From the human T2T-CHM13v2.0 reference genome, Homo sapiens: 64,000 nucleotides of DNA. Below the pieces are notes generated by a model that worked only from the letters and a program-made list of their open reading frames with translations, was not told the DNA's origin and made no database searches. Each line of letters begins with the position of its first letter. Within the stretch, counting starts at the first letter, position 1. A program made the translations under genes and the position numbers. This document shows, piece by piece, positions 43,742 to 57,449 of this stretch. The stretch lies in NCBI RefSeq assembly GCF_009914755.1, contig NC_060930.1; one strand, given 5' to 3'.

Positions 43742-44994
43742 TTAATAACACTTTTATAGAAAAGAAAGGAGTTCATGGAAAAGAATCTGATTGTTTCTCT
43801 GTTTTGCTGTCACTTTGTGTTTTGCGGAGTTAATCCAAAGAGTTGCTTCAACAAGCAGAACTCAAGGAAACACGGGTGAGGTTACTTTCAGGCTTGGAGA
43901 CTTCTGAGCTAAAGGAAGTGGGCCAGGGAAGGGCTAGGTGCTCTGACATTCCAAATATAGTCTGCTTGGCCACTGAGGAACAGAGATTTGTTGCTAGCAA
44001 CAAGTACTTAGAACGTGTGTGATTTGGCATGTCTCGAACTGTGAAGTAGATGCAATGCAGGCAGAAAATCGATGATGCTATGGGGAGGGGCTGTGTAGGG
44101 TGTTAATCGCCATCTGCAGTGCCTGGAGGTGGGGTGGGGAGAAGTGAAGAATCTCTTCCTTTTTAATAGATTTTCAAGATGGGAAAATCATATTGCAACC
44201 CACAGGCATTTGGAAACAATTTGTGCCGAAGACAGAAAGTACACCTAACGTTAAGCTGAAAAAACTGGACGCTCCCAGCAAACTCACTTTGCAGACTCCT
44301 GGTTGTCAGAAGAAAACGCCAGAGGATTTCACTTGGCATTGACCTCTTACTACTTCCAGCCACTTACCCTGGGCAGTAGAAAGAAGGAACAGAAAGCAGA
44401 GTAGATTAAGAGGAGCAAGTACAAATGGCGTGGGACTTCAAATCACCACCTAAGATTACTTCTTTGATTTCTGAAAAAGTAGGTCAAAGGAAGATGTCAG
44501 GTGAGATGGGAATGGGGGAATGGGGGTGGGGGAGGAAGAGTTAAGCCTGATTCACAACCCTATAGGCATGCGGTGAAGCAAATTCTTTGGCACTGTTTAT
44601 AATTTACCTTAGAAGGTACACTTGTGAAATCTTTAAGAATCATGAATGTTGTCCCCGGAAGAAGTAGGTACATCTTGAATCTTTAATTCTGCCTGGGACA
44701 AAATGACCATATGAATGTTAAGTTGAAAGTGCAAATTAGCATAGAATCATCGGGCCAAAAGTTGAAAAGACTTTTGATTAAATCCTAGAAGAAAGATGAA
44801 CGTAAAATTACAGATCGAAAACCTTAGATTCATATTTTATTTCTTAAAACTCTAAAACTCTGAGCTTTTATCCTTATCCACTAACAAATTGATCAGCACT
44901 TTCTGTTGAGTTAAACTCTGAATTGAGGGTCTTTTTGCCTCTTGCCTACTTTCATTCAGGCTGGGTTATTTCTTTTCCTTTTTTGTAACTGTGG

Positions 44995-45463
<469 letters not shown>

Positions 45464-46569
45464 AGAATGTTAAGGACAGGTTTTCTGAAATGGTTCTGCG
45501 GTTTCTGGAATTGACTCTCTAATCTGATTAGATTTCAAGATGCTAATGACTTTATTTTTAGTAGTAATGAGAGCACTGGTAGTCCATGGCATGATCTGGC
45601 AATAGAGATACGTAAAACAGCACCTTTGGATACTCCTTAGCAACCCCTTGTAGGAAGCAAGGAGCTGCGGGGGCAATGGGCGGGGGGGCGGTGGGGAGCT
45701 ATGTATATACTTACGAACACTTTTTGCAAACTAACAAGTATGAGATTGGCTGGTTGATCCAAATGTCACTGGGCAAAGTGGGGAAAGGAAAGGATGAGCT
45801 CCAGGATTTGAATCTTCAGCTTAAGCCCCATGTACAAGACCTGAAATCTTCTACAGGTGCCCTGCAAGATCATTATTGCCTTTAGCAGCAGGGCTATGAT
45901 TGCTGAAAATCAAACACAGAATCTTATCCTGAGACTGGCTGAATGACTGCCCAGGTTAAACTCTCAGCCTCACAGGAAGTCAAACGTTGAAGTGAGGAAG
46001 ATATGCACTTTGAGAGCTGGAATGGGGATATGTAGGAAGACCTGATGAAACTGGGGAAATCGAGCCCCTGGAATCTGATAAATATTTGCCAGTGGAAGAG
46101 GCCTCTCTAACCTCTGGGGAAGCCACCTTCCCACTCCCAGTGGTAGTGGCTTCTCCACCCCCTCACCTCTCAACTGGTGGGATTAAACTTGCATTGTCCT
46201 CGAAAACTGTAATGACCTCCTCTGTGGTAGATGCTATGCTAGACAGTGATTCTCCTCAAGATCCATTTATATCACCCCTCTGTGCTTCTAGACCTATAAC
46301 TTGATTCAAGTCCTAGTAGGCTCCTAAAGGTAAGGTACAAAATGTAACTCACAAGGAAGCATACCACAGTTCAAAAGAACTACTGGAATTTTCTAATTTA
46401 TACAGATAGAAATCTGGGAAACGTGTGGGAGTGGATATTGAGAGTATAGGATAATGGCAGGAGGAACATAAAGTTGGATTAGGTGGAATTCATTGATATG
46501 GGCTCACTAAGCAGAGATTCTGTATTTAACATTATAGCTCAGGCCGTTCGAAAGGGCTCTAATTGTTTG

Positions 46570-46986
46570 TGCTATACTTTAGTTTGTTTGTTCCCTCCAA
46601 ATCTCATGCTGAAATTTGATTCCCAGTGTTGGAGGTGGGGAACAGTAGGAGGTGTTGGATCAGGGGGCAGATCTCTCAGGAATGACTTGGTGCCATTCTT
46701 GCAAGAGTGAGTGAATTCTTGCTCTATTTGTTCCTACAAGAGCTGGTTGTTTAAAAGAGCTCAGTACCTCCCTCCCCACCACCTTCCTTTCTTGCCATGT
46801 GATCTGCACACACCAGCTCCCCTTCACCTTTTGCCATGACTGGAAGCAGCCTGTGGCCCTCACTAGATGCAGATGTTGGCATCATGCTTCTTGTACAGCC
46901 TGCAGAACCATGAACCAAAGAAGCCTCTTTTCTTTATAAAGTATCCAGTCTTAGATATTCCTTCATAGCAACACAAAGGGACTAAA
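46570..46986 (+). mobile_element. MaLR solo LTR (MSTB-like) inserted in ERVL gag
   Basis: TGCTATA...CAAATCTCATGCTGAAATTTGATTCCCAGTGTTGGAGGTGGGG...CAGCCTGCAGAACCATGAACC...ATAGCAACACAAAGGGACTAA. Confidence 0.85.
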
Positions 46987-49900
46987 TTTGGTTGGTTGGC
47001 TGAAACATGGACCAAAAGGTGGGCAATATTGAGTGAGTTCAAAATGCTAGACTGCCTTGGTTTAATATAGAGGAAGAGATGCAAAGGCTTAGGGAGATTG
47101 AAATGTTAGAGAGGATTTGTCATTTAGTATCTTCCCCCTCACTCAGGGAGAGTCCAGAAGACATATTTTTCACCATGATTGTGAGACATAAATTTGTGAT
47201 GGAATCCCTGGTACCCTTGAAAAACTCCGTGATCACTCTTCTGTGTAGGTGAGACTTTACAGTGGGATCTGCAGTCACTGAACTGGGAAACCTAAATGCA
47301 ATGGAGTGATTGGATCCTAGGGTGGCAGGAGCCATGTGGCAGCTCTTAACCACCAAAGGCAAAGTGAGTGTGGTTACCTTAAGGGACAGTAGAGTCAAAG
47401 CAGCAATCAGAATAGCCTGGCTTCCACAGACCAATGGCATTAGCTAGTTGATCGTGATGTTTTCAGAAGTGAAACAGATAGAAAGCCTACTAAATTATTA
47501 ATTGATCTGTGTAAACAGCAAAGTTCAAGTGAGCAAAAGTCTATCTTGAATCATAAAAGCAGGGAATCATGGCCCCTAAATGAATTCCCAGACTTAAGCC
47601 AGTTTACAGAGCCAGAACCCCTTGAATGAAGAGGAAGTTGGGCCCCCTTGATAAAGGACCGTGGTACACTGCCAATAATTTATACTGTTACTTTTTCCCC
47701 AAGCCTCCCCAAAGGGACCTATAGCCTTTTACCAGGGTAAATGTGCCTTGAGGAAAAGGAAGTAATCAGATATTCTGGGTACTACCAGACAAAGGCTCTG
47801 AACTGACATGGAATCTAGGAGACAGGAAACATCACTGTGGTCCACTAGCCAGAGTAGGGGCTTATGGAGGTAAGATGACTCATGGAGTTTTAGCTCAGGT
47901 CTTGTCCCAGTGACCAGTGGGTCTCAGAAGCTTTCTGTGGTTATTTCCCGAGTTCTGGAATGCATAATTGGAATAGATACACTCAGCAGCAGGCAGAATC
48001 CCCACATGGGTTACCTAAACTGTGGGATGAGGACTATTATGGTGGGAAGGGCCAAGAGGAAGCCACTAGAACTGCCCTTATGTAGGAAAATAGTAAGCCA
48101 AAGGCAATACTGCATCCCTGAAGGGATTTCAGAGATTAGTGACACCATCGGAGATTTGAAAAATGCAGGGGTGGTGATTTCCACCACATTCCCATTCATC
48201 TTGCCTATTTGACCTATGTAGAAGACAGTTGGATCTTGCAGAATGACAGTGAATTATCATAAGCTTAACCAGGTGGTGACTCTACTTGCAGCTGCTGTAC
48301 CAGATGTGGTTTCATTGCTTGAGCAAATTAACATATACTCTGAAACCTGATATGCAACTATTGATCTGACGAATGCGTTTTTCTTCATATCTATCAATAA
48401 AGACTACCAACAGCAGTTTTCTTTCACTGCAAGGCCAGCAATACACATTTACTGTTCTATCTCAGGGGTATGTCAACTCTCTCCAGCACTATATTATAAT
48501 CTAATTCATGAGGGTCTCAATCGCTTTCACAAGGTATTACGTTGGTCCATTTGATTGATGACATTATGTTGATTGGACCTAGTGAGCAAGAAGTAGTAAC
48601 TACTTTAGACCTATTGGTAAGAAATTTGCATGTAAGAAGGTGGGAAATAAATCCAACAAGCTTCAGGGGCCTTCTCCTTAGTGAAAGTTTTAGGCATCCA
48701 ACGTTGTGAAGCTTATTGAGATATCCCTTCTAAGGGAGGGCTAAGTTGTTTCATCTGGCCCCTCCTACAACCAAAAGAGAAGCACAATGCCTACTGGGCT
48801 TCTTCGGATTTTGGAGGCAACATATTCTTCATTTGGGTGTGTTACTGTGACCCAAAAAGCTGCTAATATCGAGTGGGCCCCAGAACAAGAGAAGACTCTG
48901 CAACAGGCCAGGCTGCTGTGCAAACTGCTCTGCTGCTTGGGCCATAAGATCCAGCAGGGCCAAGCAATGGTGCTTAGAGTGTCAGTGGCACATAGGGATG
49001 CTGTTTGGAGCTTTTGTCAGGCGTCTATGGGTGAACTGCAATGCAGGCCTTTGGATTTGGGAGCAAAGCCCTGCCAGTCTCCACAGATAACTACTCTCCT
49101 TTTGAGAAACAGCTTTTGGCCTGCTGCTGAGCCTTCGTAAAGACTAAATGCTTAACTATGGGTTACCCTGTTACCATGTAACCTGAGCTGCCCATCATGA
49201 ACTGGGTGTTTTCTTACACAGCAAGTTATAACGTCAGTGTGCACAGAAGCATTCTATTCATCAAATGGAAGTGATTTGACTGATTGGGACTGAGCAGGCC
49301 CTGCAGGCACAAGTGAGTTACATGAAGAAGTGACACAGATGCCCATGGTTCCCACTTCTGCTACACTGCCTTATCTCTCCCAGTCTCATGGGGAGTTTCC
49401 TATGATCAGTAACAGAGGAAGAGAAGGCTCAGGCCTGGTTTACAGATGGTTCTGCACAATATGCAGGCACCACCTGAAGGTAGACAGCTGCAGCACTACT
49501 GCCCCTTTCTGGGACATCTCTGAAGGATGCTGGTGAAAGCAATTCCTCCCAGTGGACAGAACTTTGAGTAGTGCACCTTGTTGTTCACTTTGCTTGGAAA
49601 GAGAAATGGGTTGGCATTTGCTTATCCTCATTTATGAGCTGTGATCAATGGTTTGCCTGGATGGTCAGGGATGTAGAAGGAGCTCCATTGGAAAACTGGT
49701 GACAAAGAAATTTGGGGAAGACATATGTAGTTAGACCTCCCTGAATGGGGAAAAAAAAGTCAAGATAATTGTGTCCCATGTGAATGTTCACCAAAAGGTG
49801 ACCTCAGTAGAGGAGGATTTTAATAGTCAAGTGGACAGAATGAACCGTTCTGTGGATACCAGTTAGCCTCTTTCCCCTGCCATCCCTGTCATCGCCCAGT

Positions 49901-51573
49901 AGGTTCATGAACCAAGTGGCCATTGTGACAGGGATGAAGATTATGCCTTGGCCCAGCAACATGGACTTCCCACTCACCAGTGCTGACCTGGCTATGGCCA
50001 CTGCCAAGTGCCCAATCTGCCAGCCTCAGAGACCAGTGTTGAGCCCCTGATATGGCAGCATTCCCCAGATGATCAACCAGTTACCTGTTTGCAGGTTGAT
50101 TACATTGGACCACTTCTATTAGGGAAGGGGCAGCATCTTGTCCTTAGCGAAAGAGATGCTTACTCTGGATATGAATTTGCCTTCCTTGCCTGCAGTGCTT
50201 CTGCCAAAACCACCATTCATGAACTCACAGAATGCCTTATCCACCCTCATGGTATTCCACACAGCATTGCTTTTGACCAAAGAACTCCACAGCAAATGAA
50301 GTGTGGCAGTGGGCTCCTGCTCACGGAATTCACTGGTCTTACCATGTTCCCCATCATCCCAAAGCAGCTGGCTTGATAAAACAGTGAAATGGCCTTTTGA
50401 AGACTCAGTCTAGTGCCAGCTAAGTGGCACTACCTTGCAGGGTTAGGACAAGGTTCTCTATAAGACTGTATATGCTCTGAATCAGCATTCAATTAATGAT
50501 GCTGTTTCTCCTATAGCCAGAAACTCACAGGTCCAGGAATCAAGGGGTTGAAATAGGAGTTCTACCACTCACTGTTACTCCTGGTTACCCACTAGTAAAT
50601 TTTGCTTTTTGTTCCCATGACTTCATGCTCTGCTGGCCCACGGGTCTTAGTTCCAGAGGAAAGAATGCTTCCACAGGGAGACATAGCAATGCTTCCACTG
50701 AACTGGAAGTCAAGACTGCCATGCAGCCATTTTGGACTCCGTATTCCTCTGAATCAACAGGCAAAGAAAGGAGTTACTGTGCTGGTTAGGGTGACTGAAT
50801 CTGACTACCAAGGGGAAATTGGACTACTACTCCACAACAGAGGTAAGGAAGAGTATTTCTGGACTACAGGAGATCCCTTAGGACGCCTCTTAATATTACC
50901 AAGCCCTATGATTAAGGCCAATGGAAAACTGTAACAACCCACTCCAGGAAGGACAGTGGCTCAGACTCTTTGGAAATGAAGGTTTGTGACCAGCTGAGGC
51001 GCTTGTTGAAGGCAAGGGAAATACAGAATGGATAGTAAAAGAAAGAGGTTATAACCACCAGCTATGTCAACACGACCAGTTACAGAAATGAGGACTGTAA
51101 TTGCCGAGTGTTCCCCCTTTTTTGTTGTGTGTGTGTGCACCTGCGATGCTGTTTCTATCATGAGGACCCTAAATCCCAGGCCATGAGTTTCACTTCAGAA
51201 GCAGGAGTGAAAAACACTAACAATACTACAACCCCTCAAATACCTCGCTCACCTTCCAGGGAACTTCTGAAATATTTTCAGTAGGAGACAAAAATTATTT
51301 TTTCATCATTGAATATCAAACTCGTGACAGATAAAAAGAAATACCAGTAGAGGAGAAATATCAAATACCTGGGAAAATGATTAGCTTACAAACCAATAAA
51401 ACATACACATTGAAACAAGATTCAGTTTACACGATCAACTTAATTGAAAAAGACCCTAACACTTAAGTTGCTGGTTAGGTTGTGTAAAATATTTGAAAGC
51501 AATCAAAATTGATTAGCTTCTTTGATCAGCAATGTTAAATGCTTATTAAAAACCACAAAAACATTCACATCAC

Positions 51574-52092
51574 TGATAACGTTGCTCAGCCAGTGACCAC
51601 CAGAAACATACACACACCAAGCTGGGTTTAGTGCTTACAAGGAACCATAGAGTTGCTCAGTAGGAGCTTAGAAAGGACTTGTGGTAGGATTTTGGCTCAT
51701 ATTAGGTATTTAGGGGGAAGATTTAAGGAAGTGGGGCTTTGTTCTGGATTGGATGCTATCAGGAAGTGTGAGTAGTTCTATGAATAAATCTAATCTAGAA
51801 GGCGAAAAAAAACTAGAGCAAGGCTAAAGCTTAAAATGGGTAAGAAAGCTGTGGCAGTCATTCATTTATCCAGGATAGGAAGATGCCTGGGTCATTTTTG
51901 TGGTTTGTGTATTTGTCTGGATTCAGACACGATTGTGCGGTGGCCTTTTTCTTGTCCTGACCCTTCGTGGCCTCAGAGTGGCCTTGTCTGATGTTAGAGT
52001 TCTGTGAAATTGTTTGTGTTCAGCAGGAGAACACATGGGCTAGCTGTGAGGGCCAGGCCTGCTCCTAATGTCAAAGGCTGCTTTTCTCTTCC
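51574..52092 (-). mobile_element. ERVL-class solo LTR (MER54/MER73/MER74 group)
   Basis: Minus strand AAGAGAAAAGCAGCCTTTGACATTAGGAGCAGGCCTGGCCCTCACAGCTAG...AACATCAGACAAGGCCACTCTG. Confidence 0.55.
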
Positions 52093-52112
52093 TAACCTTT
52101 CAACCCCAACAC

Positions 52113-52497
52113 TGTGTGTATTCGTCTACTTGGGCTACCATAACAAAATGCCACAGACGGGGAGGCTTAAACAACAGACGTTGATTTTCTCACAGTTCTG
52201 GGGGCTGTAAGTCCAAGATCAAGGCATTGCAGATTTGATTTGTCCTGAGGCCTCTTTCCTTGGTTTGCAGATGGCCGCCTTCTCTCTGTGTCTTCCAGTG
52301 ATCTTTCTTCTGTGTACATGGAGGAAGAGAGAGATCTCGGCTTTCTCTTTCTCTTTTTATAAGAACACCTGTCATATGGATTTAGGCTGCACCCTTATGA
52401 CCTAATTTAACCTTAATTACCTCTCTAACATCTGTATCTCCAAATACAGGGGGTTAACACTTCAACATATGAATTTTGGCACAATTCAGTTCCCAGT
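52113..52497 (-). mobile_element. MaLR solo LTR, MLT1A-like
   Basis: GGCTTAAACAACAGA...TTCTCACAGTTCTGG...GGTTTGCAGATGGCCGCCTTCTC...CTTCAACATATGAATTTT. Confidence 0.85.
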
Positions 52498-55078
52498 ACT
52501 GTGCATCGGTCCAAGATTTCTGGAGAGATCTTTCACAGAAGGTTAAAAAGAATGCACGTGTTGATGGTGGTATTACCTTCCATAGTAAAACTTAGAAATA
52601 GGCAAATATTTCACAAAGCAGAAAGGAAAAAGCAGGTGAAGGCTCAGCGAACAAATGGGCTTAGGGGTACTCAAATGGTAGTAGGGTGGTGGGTTAATTG
52701 GTAACTGTTTTTAATTATTCATTTTTTATGTTGCTATAATACTGCTTTTGCGGCAATAATCATGCAAATACCTATGGGAAAGTTGATAAAGAGACTTAAA
52801 CTTTTTCTCCCTTTGGAGTAAGTGAAAGCTAGCAAGTGCTCTGTCAGCATGTTTTAGTGTACTTCTGTGGGAAACAATCAGAAGGGGGACCAACAGGGCA
52901 CTGAAAGTGGGGAGGGACCCCATTGCAGCAGGAGCATCAGCAAAAGCCCAGAAAAGGACAGCTTGGGAAAAACCTGTCCAACACCCCACTTTCCTGATTT
53001 AGCCTACTGTGGGCTCTGCTGTATAGCCTGTGATGACCCAAATCATTTTCCAGATTCTGCCTTCAGAACTGAGCTGAGTCCTTGTGTGATGCTGCTGCAG
53101 TGCCCCCAAACAGATGGGAAGGAAGCATAATTGAAGAAATAATCCTCTATGCTGGCCCCACTCCCCGCCCCCGATGGAACTCTCACTCCATTAGAGCAAA
53201 CATTCCCAGAGGTATAAGATGATGAATAAGAGATTCTTTTGTCTGGTTTTGTTACTGCCCTCATAACTATTCTTTTAGTTTTTTTTTTTTTTTTTTTTTA
53301 ACCTGGAAGAATTGCCCTCAACTTATGTAATAGGTGCAATAGACCCTTGATTTAGATTGTAGGTCTTGAAGTGCTCAGGAGCCCTAAGCATGTGGCCCAT
53401 ACCCATTTTAGGACAGATTGTTACGGCGGAGAGCATGCTGTAAACTTCATTGGCAAAGCGGAGTCCAGTGCTACTATCTGGGCCAAATCTATTTATAGGA
53501 TCAAGTCTCCAATCTCTCAAAACAACCAATTTCCCCTAATCTTTATGGTGAGCCTAAGTGCCGGCACAAGCCCCATAACCCCGAACCACTCAGACCTCCC
53601 CACAATGCTGTCCTCCCACCCCACTCTGTCACGCGGGGTCCTCTGGAGGTTAAAAGAATTTATTTTGAAATGAAATGGCAACTGGAAAAAGCTTTTATTT
53701 TCATATGGGAAAAACCTCATGAAACATTTTTCTCTTGATTAGTGTTCATAACAGCAGCCTGGAATGCTTTCTGCAACCAATTTGTAGATGTTCTTATAAA
53801 ACAGATCTCTCTTCTTGATGTGATTTTTTTATCCCCCTGCACATTTGTTCTGCTTAAACCTTTCAGCACATTTGTTAACTTGAGTGACATCTAAAAAAAT
53901 CACCACCCCATTAATGCGGACTCATCCAGTCCATGGGCTGTGCATCGCTCCTTTAATTGGGATGGCTTGGTTCCCTCCCAGATGTTCCCTCTCAGCAGAT
54001 ACCATTGTGTTTTGAAACTTTGGATAATTATAGCTCTGTAAACGTAGAGGAGATTTGTTGGCTCCAGCCAGCTCCTGCTCCTAATGTAACAGCTTCATTG
54101 TTCAGTAATCGCCCTATTCACAAAGCAAAGGGATCCGTGTCAGCAAAGACATCTATTCAAAGCACCTTCCCTGTGCTGGATAAACAGTGGCAGAAGCAGT
54201 CTACTGAGCGACAAAAACACTCACAGGGGACTAGGCCACAAGTTTGACCAGGGCTGCTTTTCGCTTCTCAAATGGGACCATTCTTCAGAAATGTCTTCAC
54301 CTTTTCTTTTGCAACCAATCAGCCTGCAGGCAGAGTCTTTTGCTTTGCTGGTGAAATCCCCGCTAAATGCTAAAAAAAAAAATTTGTGGGAAAATTTTGT
54401 GGGAAACTCTCTGCAGCGTAGAAATGAGGCAAAGGGGCCGAGATGAGATGCCAACCAGTGGGGAGTGGTCCACACATGCTGTCACCAAGGAGGACAGGGG
54501 AAAGATAAATGTCCCTAAGCTGTCTTCTAGGAAAGATCCAGAACAATTTCTGGGAGTGCTGTGGGAGAGAGTCAACAGTGGCCACACAATGTAGGAAGAG
54601 GTAGAGAGGTTCTTTGATTCTTTTGAGAATGTTCGCTGGAGTTTAGACCCTGAGTTTTCTAGCCAGTGGGAGCCCAGTGAATATGAGAGCCCAGATTTCT
54701 CTGGCTCTTGCGTACACCCGCTAATGCAGGAGCACGCACTCTCGGAAAATTCCTCCGTCCTGTGCTGGTGTTTCTGAAACTCCCTGGGAAATCTACTTAG
54801 AGGGTAAAGAGCTTGAGCCAAGCATAACTGACTTGCACTTAGATTCACGGCGGACCTAAGAGCCTAGCGCTACCCTGTCATCATACTGAAGGCTCTCAGC
54901 AAACCACGCAGTCTACACATGCCGCTTTGCGACTTCCTCATTTCTCCTCGATCTGGTCCTGACCCTGCGGGCATCAGGAGGGCAAGCCAGGATCTTGGGA
55001 GGGGGCAGAGATGAACAAGAGAAAAAGCAGGGAGATTTTAAAAATAATTGCCATAAGTGGTGTAAGTACAGAATATCC

Positions 55079-55190
55079 CGTGTGTGTATACCTATATAAA
55101 TATATATTATATAGGTATACATAAATCATATGTGTATGTATATATACCTATATAATATATATTTACATGTGTATGTGCATGCATATATGT
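55079..55190. repeat. AT-rich low-complexity (TA/TG) tract
   Basis: Direct read. Confidence 0.8.
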
Positions 55191-55454
55191 ATTAAAGGGA
55201 TGACAGCTTTGGCATAAAGGTTGTTTAGAGGTGAGAATATTTAAAATCTTATCTGAACTTTCCTTATCTGACTAACACAGAGTCTTTCAAAAATACAGGC
55301 TGCTATTAACCCTGCTCTGAGGGGCTTTCCTGCGAATTCCAGGAAGTGGACAAATTGTCCCTTCCCATTGGCACAAAGAAAAACGCACTGCACCTTACAC
55401 ATTTTCCCATCGAATCCCTAAATTCCTGCTGCTCCCTTTTTTGTTATATTGGTA

Positions 55455-55789
55455 CAATTCGAGCATCCTTAATCCAAAATCCAAACTGCTCTAAAACTCA
55501 GAAAGTTTTTGAGCACTGAGAGGATGCCACAAGTGGAAAATTCCAGACACATATACGAAAGGACACAAACTTTGTTTATGTGCAAAATTCTCTTTAAAAC
55601 TGTATGAAGTTATCATCAGTCTATGGGTATAAGTTGCATGGAAAACATAAATGAATTTTGTGTTTAGACATAGGGCCTGAGATTCCCAAGATCTCATTAC
55701 GCGTATGCAAACATTCCAAAATCTGAAAAAATCCAAAATCTGAAACACTTCTAAGTCCCAAGCATTTCAAATAAGGGATATTCAACCTG
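55455..55789. mobile_element. Tigger4b/Zombi-like TcMar fossil
   Basis: TA TSDs at 55453-54 and 55790-91; ends CAATTCGAGCATCCTTAAT ... ATAAGGGATATTCAACCTG. Confidence 0.8.
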
Positions 55790-55792
55790 TAT

Positions 55793-55958
55793 AGAAACCT
55801 TCACCACTGGGTATTCAGTGAGTTACTCATTAGTGACGTCAAATGCACGCGTAAATAAATCTTCTCTTTTCTTCTGCTAATCTGTCTATTGCCAGTTAAT
55901 CTGCAGGCCCCCAAGCATTCCAAACTAATTGAATAGACGAAAAGTCTTCCTCCCAATA
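55793..55958 (+). mobile_element. ERV1 LTR 3' fragment (MER34 group)
   Basis: AATAAA followed by TTCTGCTAATCTGTCTATTGCCAGTTAAT, similar to the LTR end at ~60980-61040. Confidence 0.5.
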
Positions 55959-56549
55959 GTTAATATATATATATGAACACACATGCATACACATATGTGT
56001 ATATTCTGTGGACAGTTCCTACAGGTTATAGACCAGGAAATATTCTGGCCACCTGTCCCAGGGGTACCTTTGTCTCCCCCATATCCCAACACACAGTTGC
56101 AAACCACCGCTCAGAGTGGGTCTCTCTCCATCGGGGTCTGCTTCTGTCAGGTGGGCATCAGCTGTGCCCATCCAGTCTGCTGGGCACTCACATCTTCCAG
56201 CTGAGGCCCATGGCCCTCCAGTCACCAGAGCCACTGAGCTGCCTATTGTTGACAGGAAGGAGGGAGGGGGCCTCTGTTCTCTGTGTGATTTTCTGTTGGA
56301 GATATTTTTTTAAAGCATTCAAGCTTATGCACTAATGTTTTCTAGGGCTTTAATGGAACGCCATTTCTATTGTTTTGTTTTCTTTCCCTTTAAAAAGCTC
56401 CCCTTCTCCCCATGGGAATTACACCTGCATCCACCAGGGCCCCACGGGGGAACCATCCCTTGTTCAGAGCCTACCAGCTCCCTCAGGCCTCTGCTCTGGT
56501 CCTGTTAGTGCTATTTCCCCAGCATCAGAACACTGTGCAGCACCTGGCC

Positions 56550-56853
56550 CAGGCCCTATCCACAATTCTAAAATCCCCAAACCTCTGAAAACACAAAAAT
56601 TTTTATAAACACCTTGGTGGCAAAACATGAAGTGAAGTAAGGTGGCATTTATCCCACTTAGTGTGAATATTCATACATTTGGCTGAGACAGGACTGTGGA
56701 AATACCGTGTTTGATTTGCAAAGTGTTGCCTCCAACCCCTCTAGGGATGTTATATAATATTTGGTTTATGCACATTGCCTTTCTCAAATCTGAAAATTTC
56801 TGAGTTCTAAAACACATCTGGCCTCAAGGGCTTCTGATATGTGCTTGTGGACT
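56550..56853. mobile_element. MER46C-like Tigger fossil
   Basis: ATCCACAATTCTAAAATCC...AAATCTGAAAATTTCTGAGTTCTAAAACACATCTGGCC. Confidence 0.55.
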
Positions 56854-57000
56854 TAGGCACATGTCAATAAATACGTGCTGAATGCACTTCTGAACTCCTC
56901 CTTCTTTCCCACCTCCAGGGCTTTGTTCCAGGGTCAACTTCTCGATGCTTGGCTCCTTCCTGTCTGATAAGAACCATCCCTCAGCCTTCAGACAAACAGG

Positions 57001-57449
57001 TGTTAAGTATCTTTTCCTCATCTATCCTAGGCTTGTGGCTTAGATCCCTCTAACACAAGACAAATTAACAAGGGTAAAACATACACATTTCTTTAATATA
57101 AGTTTTACATGACATGGAGACTTCAAAAATGAAGACCCACCCCCCAAACAGAGAAACCTGTGTATTTTCATGCTCAGGTTTGATGAAAGTGTGATTGGAC
57201 AAAGGGAGTATGATGTCATGGTAATAAATGGGGGGGAACTTAGCAAGGTCTGTTTGTCCATATTCTTCGTGGTGTTTCTGTGTCTTCCTTCCTTTTCTCT
57301 GGGAGTAAGGAGGGCACTTGTCACATGAGGTCTTATGACCTGCTTCAAGGTAGAAGGGAGAATACATGTAAAAGTGAACTTCCTGCTTCTGTGCTTTTCC
57401 CAAATGCCAAGTTGCTATATTTTAAGGTAGCGTGTCCTGAACCCCATCA
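57001..57449 (-). mobile_element. Solo ERV1 LTR (LTR54-like, MER4 group)
   Basis: TG...CA; minus strand TGATGGGGTTCAGGACACGCTACCTTAAAATATAG; 4-bp TSD CAGG at 56997-57000 and 57450-57453. Confidence 0.7.

Noticed and set aside
47910-50376. ORFs with real retroviral protein similarity as functional CDS
   Set aside because: Fragments of a dead ERV-L pol with stops, frameshifts and mutated catalytic motifs; annotated as a mobile element.
54363-54848. 161-aa minus ORF (also 20873..21316, 147 aa)
   Set aside because: No recognisable homology or exon structure; lengths expected by chance in 64 kb.
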